A stretch of DNA of 64,000 bases from Oscillospiraceae bacterium (GCA_036656515.1 JAVVOA010000001.1:18243-82242), one strand, 5' to 3'; positions 1 through 9,985 are shown, counted from the stretch's first letter. Made by a program: numbers and translations. The notes: generated from the sequence alone by a model not told the origin.

Positions 1-2080
1 CCGGTTTGTTTCCAATGGAGCAATAGCGTCCGCTTTTCACCGTCACCCTGCCGGGCTGCTCTGGGCTGCCCGCAGTCGCAATGGCAGCGCCCTCAGATAC
101 AACGGTGCAGTCCTCGACGGTTGCCAGGGTGCTGAACGCACCGTTGCAAATTCCGACCGCCGCAGGTGCCTCCATAGAGCCAATGGTGACCTCTCGGATC
201 GTCCCAATGCTTGCAGCCGTATAGTGCTCCCCGGCAATGCATAAACCGGTGCTGGAAATTCCCTCTGTCAGGACACACTTTTGGATTTCCCCCACGCTGC
301 CTCCATTTGAAATCGCATACTGTCCCGCATTGGGCTGAAAGCTGCAATTCTCCACCCGTTTGAGATTGCCTTCATTTCGGACTGCGCAGTTTCCGCCCAG
401 CAGCGTGAGACCCTCCAACACCATCTCATAGCCCTGATGATTTTTGATCAGGCAGCCGGGGTGATCAGACGCAGCTTGCAGCGTTCCCCTTCCGCCGGTG
501 CTGGTCAACATAAGGGTTCCATTGTTCTCGATCACCCCGTTCCAAGGATAGGCATCCCCCGTGATCTTGTGCCCGGCGAAATCCAGCACAATGTTCTTTC
601 CATCGGAAACCCGAATATGGCCTGCATCCGGGAGCAGCGTTACGTCAGCGAGCAGAGTGACCGTTCCGCTCCCCGTGCCGCCCTCGATTGCCGCAATTGC
701 ATCCTGAATGGATGGATATTCCCTGTTCCCCACCTTTGCCACACTCGGGCGGGGAACCCCCATAAAGGTGGCATAGAAGCTTATATTCTCGGCCTTGTCT
801 GGAGGCTCCGTCTGGGTGACCGTCTGACCATTGGCATCCTGCCAGCCTTGAAAGAGATAGCTGTTGTCAGCATCAGGTGCTTTTGTGGGTATTTCGGCAG
901 GCCAGACCGCCCGGGTACCCGCAGGGCAGAACTGCGCATTCCACACCTTGGGTTCCCCCACTGCGGCGGCATCGTTGTAGAAATATACCGTAAAGCCATC
1001 CACCACGGTGGAGGTTCCCGTCTCGTCCGCCGCACCCATGGTTTTTCCGGGTGCAAAGGTGACACCCCGATTGCCAAATCGGAGCGCAGGTGATTTTTTG
1101 GTGGATGTAAAGCTGCCGCTGATGATATGAATGGGTTGATCCCCCACAAAAATCGGATGGTATTTCGCCGTTAAGCTGCAATTTTCAAGCTGCTCAATCC
1201 CTGTTCTCGAAATGCAGTTGCCGCCCGTTGTTTTCATTGTACAGTTGCGCAATTGCTCAATTGAACAGTTCAAAAGGTTTAGATTCCCGCTCTGCAAGAT
1301 GCAATTTCTGATTGTGCCAATCGCTCCCCCGCCATTTTGTCGGATTCCGCCGTTTGTTGTCACAAGTGTAATGTCTTGCAGCATCGGCATCGTACTGCCG
1401 TTCTCGCAGAGAATCCCATAGTATCTTCTGGTTGTATTTGCAAGCTTCGCCGGTTTTATACTGCTGTTTTGCACAGACAATGTGCCCCAGTTCCTCAGGA
1501 TGGCAGAGTTGCCGGATGACGGAATCTGAATTTGGCAGCCATTCAAGTCCAGTACCGCCACCTCATTTGCAGCTACGGTAATCGGCGTGCAGCTGTCCCT
1601 CAGCAGCTTATAGCGTGTACCCACCGTGCCTGTCAGTGCGTCGGGGACACTGGTAAGCAGCTCCACCGCTGTCCCGTTGGTCACCAGTGCCGCTGTCTCT
1701 GCTGGCACCCACACAGCGTAATAGTCCCCATCGACAGTGACCGCATCGTACTTCGGCTGAAACTCCGTCCCGATAAAGGAGTTATCGGCAACGGTGTAGT
1801 TTGTCGCCTTCGTTTCAGCGTCCACCTCTCTGTACCAGCCCGCAAATACACTGCCCTCCATGGTCGGTTCCTCTGGGCAATCCGCCACAGCCAGCAGGGT
1901 GCTTTTTGCCACGGTTGCCGCCTTTACAGCAGTCTCTCCGTTGTAGAAGGTCACCGTACAGTCCCCTCCGCCGAACCCAAGGGGCTGCTGCAAGTCCGCT
2001 GCCAGTGCCGGAACGCAGAGAATCGCCAGCACCAGCGCCGATAACGCCCAAAAGTTCTGCGGAAAATGATCGTTTTTCAT
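1..2080 (-). CDS. Large secreted/surface protein (runs off the left edge, C-terminus missing) with InlB-B/Flg_new-like repeats and probable beta-helix segments
   Basis: Not in ORF track. ATG at 2080 after AAGGATGGAG RBS. Manual translation gives MKNDHFPQNFWALSALVLAILCVPALAA (signal peptide), TVTFYNGETAVK...EEPTMEGSVFAGWY, TVYFYND...PTKAPDADNSYLFQGW and VAKVGNREYPSIQDAIAA. No stop seen in the part translated. Confidence 0.8.
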   Translation of the reverse strand, partial: MKNDHFPQNFWALSALVLAILCVPALAADLQQPLGFGGGDCTVTFYNGETAVKAATVAKSTLLAVADCPEEPTMEGSVFAGWYREVDAETKATNYTVADNSFIGTEFQPKYDAVTVDGDYYAVWVPAETAALVTNGTAVELLTSVPDALTGTVGTRYKLLRDSCTPITVAANEVAVLDLNGCQIQIPSSGNSAILRNWGTLSVQNSSIKPAKLANTTRRYYGILCENGSTMPMLQDITLVTTNGGIRQNGGGAIGTIRNCILQSGNLNLLNCSIEQLRNCTMKTTGGNCISRTGIEQLENCSLTAKYHPIFVGDQPIHIISGSFTSTKKSPALRFGNRGVTFAPGKTMGAADETGTSTVVDGFTVYFYNDAAAVGEPKVWNAQFCPAGTRAVWPAEIPTKAPDADNSYLFQGWQDANGQTVTQTEPPDKAENISFYATFMGVPRPSVAKVGNREYPSIQDAIAAIEGGTGSGTVTLLADVTLLPDAGHIRVSDGKNIVLDFAGHKITGDAYPWNGVIENNGTLMLTSTGGRGTLQAASDHPGCLIKNHQGYEMVLEGLTLLGGNCAVRNEGNLKRVENCSFQPNAGQYAISNGGSVGEIQKCVLTEGISSTGLCIAGEHYTAASIGTIREVTIGSMEAPAAVGICNGAFSTLATVEDCTVVSEGAAIATAGSPEQPGRVTVKSGRYCSIGNKP

Positions 2081-2264
2081 AGTTACACTCCATCCTTTTT
2101 GGACTTCCAATCACACTGGCGGGGACTGCTCCAGCAAGGTGCCAAGCTCCGCCTCGGGCAGAGGCCGATACCATACAAAGCCCTGTACCGGCGGCAGCTG
2201 ATCCGCCGAACTGCCGTACTTCTGTTTGATTCGGGCATAGGCGGGGTGGGCATTCGCTTGTTCA

Positions 2265-2293
2265 TTATAGTGGATGCGTCGAAATAGCGCAAG
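2265..2293 (-). promoter_or_regulatory. Putative sigma-A promoter of the surface-protein gene
   Basis: TTGCGC-N17-TATAAT on the minus strand, about 185 nt upstream of the ATG. Confidence 0.55.
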
Positions 2294-2310
2294 TCGCCTT
2301 GCAGCAAACA

Positions 2311-2356
2311 GCGGAAAACCATGGGTAAATTGTCCTATTTATCCATGGTTTTCCGC
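2311..2356 (-). terminator. Hairpin after the DUF2871-like gene
   Basis: GCGGAAAACCATGG...CCATGGTTTTCCGC inverted repeat. Confidence 0.6.
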
Positions 2357-2391
2357 TTTTGCCCTGTGCCATAGGCAAGGATGCCCGCCTC

Positions 2392-2805
2392 TCAGTTCTT
2401 GGCGCTTTTTTTCAGGGAGAGGAGCAACAGCACCAGACCCACCCCGGTGAGGATGTGCCCGATGCCGGCCATGCCGGAGATGGCAGCGCTGGCACCGGCG
2501 GACAGCGCCGTCCCCAGCACCTGGGTCACGCCCCGCACCACCAGCATCACCGCCGTCAGCGGTACCCCTATGTTGTACAGAAGCAGGAACAGCCGGAATT
2601 GCCGCTGCTCCTCCAACTTGGCCTGCGCCGCGAACAGCGCCACCAGCAGGAACAGCACCATCCCCAGCAAAAAGAGGTGGGCATGTACCTTGCCCAGCGC
2701 CGTCACCCCCGTAAAGCCGTTGAATTTGGTAAATTCCCGATAGAACACGCCGCCCACCATGGCGGCAATGGCATAATACAGCGAGAGATTGAGATATTTT
2801 TTCAT
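2392..2805 (-). CDS. DUF2871-like membrane protein
   Basis: MKKYLNLSLYYAIAAMVGGVFYREFTK...VHAHLFLLG; 4 hydrophobic segments; AAAGGAGA RBS. Confidence 0.8.
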   Translation of the reverse strand: MKKYLNLSLYYAIAAMVGGVFYREFTKFNGFTGVTALGKVHAHLFLLGMVLFLLVALFAAQAKLEEQRQFRLFLLLYNIGVPLTAVMLVVRGVTQVLGTALSAGASAAISGMAGIGHILTGVGLVLLLLSLKKSAKN

Positions 2806-3001
2806 TGTGTTTTCTCCTTTCCATCCGTGTAACTGAACGTCGTTCATTATAGCGTTGCCGCCAGACCCTGTCAAGAGGCTGGGACTTTCCGCCCATAAAG
2901 ATACGGCTTTTTTTCGCCCCGCCCAAACTGACGATTGCACACCGTCCCCCAATCGGGTATACTGCAAGGGACAGCAATCTGTTTTTTTGACAGGAGGAGC
3001 T

Positions 3002-4096
3002 ATGAAGAAACTCACCAGACGAATCGGCATCTGCCTGCTGACCGCCACGGCGGCGCTGGGCAGCTATGTGGCCTATGTGTCCCTGCAATACCATCGCATT
3101 CCGGACAAAACGGCGCTGACCCCGTTGCAGGAGGGGGAAAATCGCCCGTTGCAGCGGGGCAGGGACTATAGGGCGGTGACCTATAATCTGGGCTTCGGTG
3201 CCTATAGCCCCGACTACACCTTTTTTATGGACACCGGCGTTATGGCGGATGGCACCCCAACCGCCGGACGGTATGGGCGCGCCCGCAGTGCCCAAAGTGC
3301 GGCGGAGAATACCGACGGCTCGACTGCGCTGCTACAGGCGCAGGACGCGGATTTCTATCTGCTGCAAGAGGTGGATCGGGATGCCACCCGCAGCTTTCAC
3401 ATCAATCAGGCGGCACAGCTCGCCGGGGCGTTTCCCGCCTATGAGGCGGTGTATGCCCAGAACTTCCACTCTGCCTATCTGGCCTATCCCCTGACGGATA
3501 TGCACGGTAAAACCGACGCGGGACTGCTGACCCTCAGCCGCTTTTCCTCTGGGGAGCGGGTTCGCCGCAGCTATCCCGTGGATCCGGGCTTTCCCCAGAA
3601 GTTTTTTGATCTGGATCGCTGCTTTGCCGTCCAGCGCTATCCCATTGAGGGGGGCGGTCAGCTGGTGCTGATCAACAGCCACATGTCCGCCTATGATGCC
3701 GGCGGCACCATCCGGGCAAAGCAGTTGGAGCTGCTCCGCACGGTGCTTATCGAGGAGCGGGATGCCGGAAACCTGGTGCTGGTGGGCGGCGACTTCAACC
3801 ATGCCCTGGGGGGCACCAAAACGGCGTTTCCCTCTGGGCAGCAGGTACCCGCTTGGGTTGCCGAGCTGGCGGATGCCGATCTCCCGTCGGGCTATCGACT
3901 GGTGCGGGCAGAGAATCTCTTTGCCGTGGGCACCTGTCGGGGGTCGGATATCCCCTATGAAAAAGGCGTGACCTATGAGACGGTGGTGGATGGCTTTCTC
4001 GCCAGCGACGGGTTGACCGTCTCCGCCCGCAATCTGGACGGCGGCTATCGCTACAGCGACCACAATCCCGTGGAGCTGACCTTTCGGATCGACTGA
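3002..4096 (+). CDS. Exported endonuclease/exonuclease/phosphatase (EEP) family protein
   Basis: TYNLG, LQEVD, GGDFN and SDHNP motifs; N-terminal membrane anchor; GGAGGAG RBS. Confidence 0.9.
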   Translation: MKKLTRRIGICLLTATAALGSYVAYVSLQYHRIPDKTALTPLQEGENRPLQRGRDYRAVTYNLGFGAYSPDYTFFMDTGVMADGTPTAGRYGRARSAQSAAENTDGSTALLQAQDADFYLLQEVDRDATRSFHINQAAQLAGAFPAYEAVYAQNFHSAYLAYPLTDMHGKTDAGLLTLSRFSSGERVRRSYPVDPGFPQKFFDLDRCFAVQRYPIEGGGQLVLINSHMSAYDAGGTIRAKQLELLRTVLIEERDAGNLVLVGGDFNHALGGTKTAFPSGQQVPAWVAELADADLPSGYRLVRAENLFAVGTCRGSDIPYEKGVTYETVVDGFLASDGLTVSARNLDGGYRYSDHNPVELTFRID

Positions 4097-4110
4097 GCAC
4101 CCCACGAAAC

Positions 4111-4152
4111 GCAAAAAAGCGAGCCGTACGCTGTGGTACGACTCGCTTTTGC
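4111..4152. terminator. Intrinsic terminator
   Basis: GCAAAAAAGCGAGCCGTAC...GTACGACTCGCTTTTGC hairpin. Confidence 0.6.
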
Positions 4153-4356
4153 GGCTCTGATGGTCTCCTCCGTCTGATTCTCCTCCTCTTTTGGAGAAAA
4201 ATATTTTTTCACGGTATGACGGCGGATGCCACCGGTAAAACTAAGGATTGGAGCATTCCGATATTTTGTCCGTATCCGGACGAGCAAGAGCGCCGCAAGC
4301 CATCCGGCGACCTACCCGGCGCACCCCGGCAAGCATGGCAAGAGAGGACGCATACG

Positions 4357-5220
4357 ATGAATCCAATCTATTTCGAGGGCTGGTACTGGCGGCAGCAGAG
4401 TGCCGCCCACACCATCGCCCTGATCCCGGCACACCATCGGTCGGCGGACGGCACCCGGCGAGCCTCGCTACAGCTCCTGACAGAGGACGCCGCCTATCAG
4501 CTGGACTTTCCCGCCGCTGCCTTTTCCGTGGAGCGAACCCCCTTCCGGGTCACGCTGGGGGACAGCGCCTTCACCCTGTCCGGCTGCCACATCGACTGTG
4601 TGGCGGAGGGGGTGTCGTTTTTCGGCGATTTGCGCTATACCGCCCGGGTCACGCCCCCCGGCGACATCATGGGTCCCTTTCGGTTTGTACCGGGGATGCA
4701 GTGCCGCCACAGCCTGCTCAGTCTCCGCCATCGGGTGGACGGCACCCTGTCTATAGACGGCGTGCCTTGGGTTTTCGACGGCGGCACCGGCTATATCGAG
4801 GGGGATCGGGGCAGGTCATTTCCCAAGCGGTATCTCTGGACGCAATGCACTTGGGCAGAGGGCAGTCTGCTGCTGTCCATAGCGGACATCCCCTTTTGCG
4901 GGGGACAGTTTGTGGGCTGTATCGGGGCGATTTTGTATCGGGGAAAAACCATCCGGCTGGGTACCTATTTCGGCGGGAGGCCTCTGGCGGTGGGACAGCA
5001 GGGTGCCACCGTCCGGCAGGGGGGACTGACCCTGTCCGCAACGCTGCTGACCGCCTGTCCCCAGCCCCTCCGCGCCCCGGAGGTGGGCAGTATGCAGCAC
5101 CGCACCATCTATGAGAGCGCCGCCTGCACGGTGCGCTATCGGCTGGAGCGGCGGGGCGAGGTGCTGTTTGATTTTGTCAGCACCGGTGCCGGCTTCGAGG
5201 CGGAGTGGCGAGATGTTTAG
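4357..5220 (+). CDS. Tocopherol cyclase-like family protein
   Basis: YFEGWYW, DIMGPF, GYIEGDRGRSFPKRYLWTQC motifs. Confidence 0.8.
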   Translation: MNPIYFEGWYWRQQSAAHTIALIPAHHRSADGTRRASLQLLTEDAAYQLDFPAAAFSVERTPFRVTLGDSAFTLSGCHIDCVAEGVSFFGDLRYTARVTPPGDIMGPFRFVPGMQCRHSLLSLRHRVDGTLSIDGVPWVFDGGTGYIEGDRGRSFPKRYLWTQCTWAEGSLLLSIADIPFCGGQFVGCIGAILYRGKTIRLGTYFGGRPLAVGQQGATVRQGGLTLSATLLTACPQPLRAPEVGSMQHRTIYESAACTVRYRLERRGEVLFDFVSTGAGFEAEWRDV

Positions 5221-5624
5221 TCGTCCTCGTCCACAGGATCGTCGATGGAGGAGTCCAGCTCCTTTGCCGCCTTTTTGGCGGTGGTCTTTTTGGCAGCCGG
5301 CTTCTTGGCGGACGGTTTCTTCGCCGCCAGCTTTTTGGCCGCCAGCTTCTCTGCCCGCAGACGCTCCTGCTCCTCGTTGTACAGCCGTTCCTTCTCTGTC
5401 CGCTCGGCATTGATTTTTGTGGTCAGCTCGTGCAGATCCCGATCCACCCGACTCTGTACCGACGGGGTACACATCTTGAGAAAACGCTCGAACACCACGG
5501 GATACTGAAAGGTCTTTTGACCGATGGCCTCGGCAAAGGCGACGGTGATCCGTCCGTTTTCCATGGACTGCACCTCTCCCGCGCCAAAGGTGCTGTGTAC
5601 AACTTGTTCACCTGTTAAATTCAT
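5217..5624 (-). CDS. Small protein with Tudor/SH3-like N-terminus, coiled coil, AKK-rich tail and acidic end
   Basis: GEQVVHSTFGAGEV...ITVAF; AAKKLAAKKPSAKKPAAKK; ATGA overlap with carD. Confidence 0.75.
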   Translation of the reverse strand: MNLTGEQVVHSTFGAGEVQSMENGRITVAFAEAIGQKTFQYPVVFERFLKMCTPSVQSRVDRDLHELTTKINAERTEKERLYNEEQERLRAEKLAAKKLAAKKPSAKKPAAKKTTAKKAAKELDSSIDDPVDEDD

Positions 5625-6160
5625 TGCTTTTCTCCTTGTCTGTCCGCAGGCTCCGCCTGCTCCTCTGCGGCCTTCGCCGCCGCCTCGATATAGTCGACCA
5701 CCTGATCCCGGGGGATTTCCAGCACTGCCGCCAGCTCACCATACAGCAGTTCCTCTGCCCGTTTGAGATAGCGTTGATCCACCTGACCCAGTTTTTTTCG
5801 ATGCTGCGCCGCCTCGGTATTTTTGTGGTGTACGCCCTTGATCAGCTCCATCAAATCCCCACAGTCGTGGGTCTGCATCGAGGCCTCGTAGTGTGCCTTT
5901 AGCAGATTGAGGTTGTGGTTGGAATAGGCGGCACCCTCGATGCCGGGAATCTCCGCGATGAGCTGCTCTGCCTCTCTCCGCGAGATGACGGCACGCATGA
6001 ACACACCGGTATCCACCGGCGCATAGATGGTCTCCGCACTGTAAACCGGGCACAGCTGATAATACAATTTGTCCCCCTCTGCCCCCTCCGGTGTTGCGAC
6101 GGCGATGACCTTGCAGACCCCATTGCCGCCATAAATAACCAAATCCCCGGGTGAAAACAT
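5621..6160 (-). CDS. carD: CarD/CdnL family transcriptional regulator
   Basis: MFSPGDLVIYGGNGVCKV...KLYYQL; C-terminal AEELLYGELAAVL; GGAGGT RBS. Confidence 0.9.
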   Translation of the reverse strand: MFSPGDLVIYGGNGVCKVIAVATPEGAEGDKLYYQLCPVYSAETIYAPVDTGVFMRAVISRREAEQLIAEIPGIEGAAYSNHNLNLLKAHYEASMQTHDCGDLMELIKGVHHKNTEAAQHRKKLGQVDQRYLKRAEELLYGELAAVLEIPRDQVVDYIEAAAKAAEEQAEPADRQGEKQ

Positions 6161-6598
6161 TCTGGCACCTCCCCCTGCGCGTGACGGCCTTGGCACATCC
6201 GCGCGATTGCACTGACCACTCCCGACCGTAAGCCGCGGTTCCCCTGCGCCACATAAAAGAGCGCGTAGCTCTGACGCCTATGCCTGTCAAAGCTACACGT
6301 TGCATTTTTATCGGCAGCCGCAGCGGGGCGGCGACGGGAATCCGGGAGCAAAGAACCGCCGCAAACGAGCTTGCGGGATTCTGACTTGATTTTTTCTTCT
6401 TTATGCTATAGTATATCATGTTTACGGCAAAAAATATACCCTTTTTTGAGAAAATGAAGGCCATCGCCCCAAAGCGACGGCTTTCGTCGGCTCCGCCCCC
6501 AAAAAATCATACATTTTATGGAAATCAGGGCTGTTCAAAATCCAAAAACTCTGCTATAGTGAAAGCAGATTCAAATTTGATACTTTGGAGGCGACTCG

Positions 6599-7480
6599 AT
6601 GGAAACTGACTTGCGCTTTGCCGTGCTGATTGATGCAGAAAACTTTTCCAGCAAATATGTGAAGCAGATTTTCGATGAAATCGCGGAGGACGGACATGCG
6701 TCCATTCGACGCGTCTATGGGGGCTGGACCTCGCCCCAGTTAAAGCCGTGGCGCAATATTTTAGAGGCCTATTCCATCTCCACCCGGCAGGAGTGCTGTT
6801 ATTCCTATGGAAAAAGCTCTGCCGACTCGGCGATGATCATCGACGCCATGGACATTTTATACAGCGGTGCAGTGGATGGCTTCTGCATCGCCTCATCCGA
6901 CGGGGATTTTACCAATTTGGCGCGGCGCATTCGAGAGGCCGGCAAGCAGATTCTGGGTGCCGGGGAAAATAAAACCCCCAAGGCCTTTGTCAACTCCTGC
7001 AATAAATTCATCTATGTGGACATGCTGGACACCGACACCGCGCCGGAGCCCGCCCCTGTGCCAGAGCCTGTACCGGACAGCGACCCCCCAAAAAGCACCG
7101 GTCGGGGACGGGGCGGCAAAAATCGCGGCAAAAAGAAAGCCCCCGTGGTGGAGGACATCCCTGTGTACGAGCCGATATACGATCCCGTGGACATACCCGA
7201 TCCCGTGGGCCCCACCTCGCTGGACACCATCAAGGACGATCTGGTGAAATTTTTCGAGGGCAAGGCCAGCCGGGGCATGGAAAAGCGGGCCTATCTGGGT
7301 GCCATCGGCGCCTATCTGCGGAAGAAGCACCCGGATTTCGACTGCCGCAACTATAAGTGCAAGACGCTGGCACAGCTGCTGAAAACCTTCGACGAATTCG
7401 ACGTGGAGGAGCTGGTCAACGAGCTGGATCCCAAGGTCAAGGCGATCTATGTGGTCTGCAAATCGCCGGATATCGACTGA
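6599..7480 (+). CDS. NYN-domain protein with C-terminal LOTUS/OST-HTH
   Basis: AVLIDAEN, GKSSADSAMIIDAMD, SSDGDF; PDFDCRNY LOTUS-like motif. Confidence 0.9.
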   Translation: METDLRFAVLIDAENFSSKYVKQIFDEIAEDGHASIRRVYGGWTSPQLKPWRNILEAYSISTRQECCYSYGKSSADSAMIIDAMDILYSGAVDGFCIASSDGDFTNLARRIREAGKQILGAGENKTPKAFVNSCNKFIYVDMLDTDTAPEPAPVPEPVPDSDPPKSTGRGRGGKNRGKKKAPVVEDIPVYEPIYDPVDIPDPVGPTSLDTIKDDLVKFFEGKASRGMEKRAYLGAIGAYLRKKHPDFDCRNYKCKTLAQLLKTFDEFDVEELVNELDPKVKAIYVVCKSPDID

Positions 7481-7493
7481 ACTCTCACAAGCA

Positions 7494-7530
7494 AGGGACT
7501 GCCGCATTGTTTTGCGGCAGTCCCTCTTTT
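7494..7530. terminator. Terminator between convergent genes
   Basis: AGGGACTGCCGCA-TTGTTT-TGCGGCAGTCCCT-CTTTT. Confidence 0.75.
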
Positions 7531-7532
7531 TG

Positions 7533-8867
7533 TCAGTCACCCAGTGCCAGCAGCTCCCAGCGGTGTCCCCGATAGCGGAGGACAAAGCAGATCACCCGGC
7601 AGATCCAGTCGATGAACATCGCCATCCAGATGCCCAGCACGCCGAAGCCCCAGACCCGCGCCAGCAGTACGCCGAACACCACCCGGAACGTCCACATGGA
7701 CAGGGAGCCGACCACCAGCGTATAGCGGGTGTCCCCCGCCGCCCGCAATGCCTGGGGCAGGGTAAACGCCGCCGGCCAGAGGAGGATGCTCATGGTGCCG
7801 TGCATCCAGAGAATCTTCATGGCGTAGTCATAGGTCTCTGCCGAGGGGTGGTACAGGGGCAGCACCAGCGGCAGCGCCGCCAAAATGGCAAGGTTGATGA
7901 CCAGCATGGTGAGATAGGCCAGCTGCATCATCTTTTTGGTATAGTGGCGCGCCTGGGCATAGTCCCCCGCCCCCACACAGTGGGACACCACCGTCACCAT
8001 GGCAAGCCCGATGGCGGTGCCGGGCAGACACTGGAAGTTGCCCAGCGCGTTGCCGATGGCATTGGCGGCGATGGAGGCCGTCCCCAATACGGAGACCACC
8101 GCCAGCAGCAAAATCTTGCCCAGCTGAAACATGCTGCTCTCGATGCCGTTGGTGACGCCAAACCGCAGAATATTCCGCACCATCCGCTTTTCGGGACGCA
8201 GGGTAAACCGCAGGCGCAGGGTCTGACCGGGCTTGTGCAGCAGCACCACCATCAGCCCCGCCGCCACCATCCGGGAGACCAGCGTGGGGATTGCCACACC
8301 GGCGACCTCCATCTGAAAACCGAACACCAGCACGGCGTTGCCCACCACGTTGATGACATTCATCACCAAAGACACCTGCATGGAGATTTTGGAGTTGCCC
8401 ATCACCCGAAACAGCGCCGCGCCCGCGCTGTACATCGCCAAAAAGGGAATGGAGGCCTCTGCAATCAGGAAATAGGTGTTGGCATAGGCCGCCACATCGG
8501 GCTGGATGTTGCCAAAGACCACATGCAAAATAAAGTGCCGTCCCAGATACATCAGCAGGGTGATGCCCAGCGATACCGCCAGCATAAACAGCACCAGCTG
8601 ACTGGCGGCGTGCTCTGCCCTGTCCTTCTCCCGCCGTCCCAGATACTGCCCCGCCACCATGGCACCGCCGGTGCCCAAGGCGGCAAAGGCATTGACCAGC
8701 AGTACGTTCACCGTATCCACCAGCGACACCGCCGACACCGCCGCCTCGCCCACGCTGGCGACCATCAGGGAATCCGCGAGGCCCACGGTGATGGCGAGAA
8801 GCTGTTCAATCAGCAGGGGCAAAATCAGCGCCCGCAGCTGTTGCTTTGTAAAAGAAATCCGTTCCAT
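7533..8867 (-). CDS. MATE family efflux transporter
   Basis: 444 aa, about 12 TM; PLLIEQLL...DSLMVASVGEAAVSAVSL; LRAAGD. Confidence 0.92.
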   Translation of the reverse strand: MERISFTKQQLRALILPLLIEQLLAITVGLADSLMVASVGEAAVSAVSLVDTVNVLLVNAFAALGTGGAMVAGQYLGRREKDRAEHAASQLVLFMLAVSLGITLLMYLGRHFILHVVFGNIQPDVAAYANTYFLIAEASIPFLAMYSAGAALFRVMGNSKISMQVSLVMNVINVVGNAVLVFGFQMEVAGVAIPTLVSRMVAAGLMVVLLHKPGQTLRLRFTLRPEKRMVRNILRFGVTNGIESSMFQLGKILLLAVVSVLGTASIAANAIGNALGNFQCLPGTAIGLAMVTVVSHCVGAGDYAQARHYTKKMMQLAYLTMLVINLAILAALPLVLPLYHPSAETYDYAMKILWMHGTMSILLWPAAFTLPQALRAAGDTRYTLVVGSLSMWTFRVVFGVLLARVWGFGVLGIWMAMFIDWICRVICFVLRYRGHRWELLALGD

Positions 8868-8956
8868 CCGTCTTTTCCGCTTTTCTCAGTTCTCTTTGCC
8901 CGCGTCTGTGGAGGCTTTCTCCCGGCGTTTTGCAAAGGATGCGCAGGGGAGATTCC

Positions 8957-9799
8957 CTACGTGTTAAAGTCCCGGGGGCTGGCGTGGAAGGTGCCCCGAA
9001 ACGCCCGCAAGAAGGTGGAGTACTCCCGAAACCCCGCCGTCTCTGCCGCCTTCATCACCGGCACGCCGGCGCGGAGCAGCTCCCCCGCCCGCAGCAGGCG
9101 CTTTTGGTTGATATACTGGTGCAGGGTATAGCCCGTCACCGCCTTAAATCGATGCATGAGATAGTAGCGGGAGAGATAAAATCGCCCCGCCAGCGCCTCC
9201 ACCGTCAAATCCTCCTCTAAATGGGAGGAGATGTATTGCAGCACCTCCTCCATCTTGGGATCACAGCGGCGCGCCTCGTCCGCCGTCCGATTCTTTTGGC
9301 TGTCCCGATTGATGGAGATCAGCAGCTGCAAAAAATAGCTGTCCGTCAGCAAAGCATGCCCAAACTCCCGAGAGCACAGGGATTCCTCCAAATCGCCCAG
9401 CAGGCGCATATAGTGGAGCCAGCGCTCCTTATCCTCTCGCAGCAGCAGGAAGTTCCGCGCCCGGGCGGTCTCGAAGCAGGTGGCCAGTGGCTCCTCCGGC
9501 GGGCTGAGCCGTTGGAGATAGTCCCCGCTGCACCAGATGACGATGCGCTCATACGGCTCGGAGGGGTCGATCAGGGGGACATGGATCATATTGTGTGGCA
9601 CCAGCAAAATGTCCCACGGCTGCAAAAAATAGCGCACGCCCTCCACCACATAGGTGACCTTGCCCCGGAGCATCAGCACGATTTTGTCGAACTCGTGATA
9701 GTGGTAGTCCATTTTTTCGGCGCGGCTGTCCTTCAGATGAAACAGGCGAAAATTCTCGTTGAGATAGCCCCGTTTCCCCGCGTCCCTTTGTTCCTCCAT
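8957..9799 (-). CDS. AraC family transcriptional regulator
   Basis: Cupin N-terminus (HYHEFDKI); C-terminal double HTH GFREYSTFLRAFR. Confidence 0.92.
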   Translation of the reverse strand: MEEQRDAGKRGYLNENFRLFHLKDSRAEKMDYHYHEFDKIVLMLRGKVTYVVEGVRYFLQPWDILLVPHNMIHVPLIDPSEPYERIVIWCSGDYLQRLSPPEEPLATCFETARARNFLLLREDKERWLHYMRLLGDLEESLCSREFGHALLTDSYFLQLLISINRDSQKNRTADEARRCDPKMEEVLQYISSHLEEDLTVEALAGRFYLSRYYLMHRFKAVTGYTLHQYINQKRLLRAGELLRAGVPVMKAAETAGFREYSTFLRAFRGTFHASPRDFNT

Positions 9800-9985
9800 A
9801 CCCCCACCTCCTTTTTGACTGCTTCTTATTCGCATACCGCTTATCATACCGCATTTTTTCGGTCAATGCAAGTCGGGCGACGTGTCTCCCCCGCCCCGGG
9901 AGACAGAAACAAGGATTGCATCCCGCACCCATCTCTGCTACAATAAAGCCATTCAAAATGCGATATGCGCAAAGGAGGCAGCCTT

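Noticed and set aside
2081-2264. c-di-GMP riboswitch upstream of the surface protein
   Set aside because: No GCAAA...GAAA...GACGCAAAG class-I signature seen
6599-7480. NYN-LOTUS protein as a defence or toxin system
   Set aside because: Stand-alone, widespread architecture with no partner gene or defence-island context
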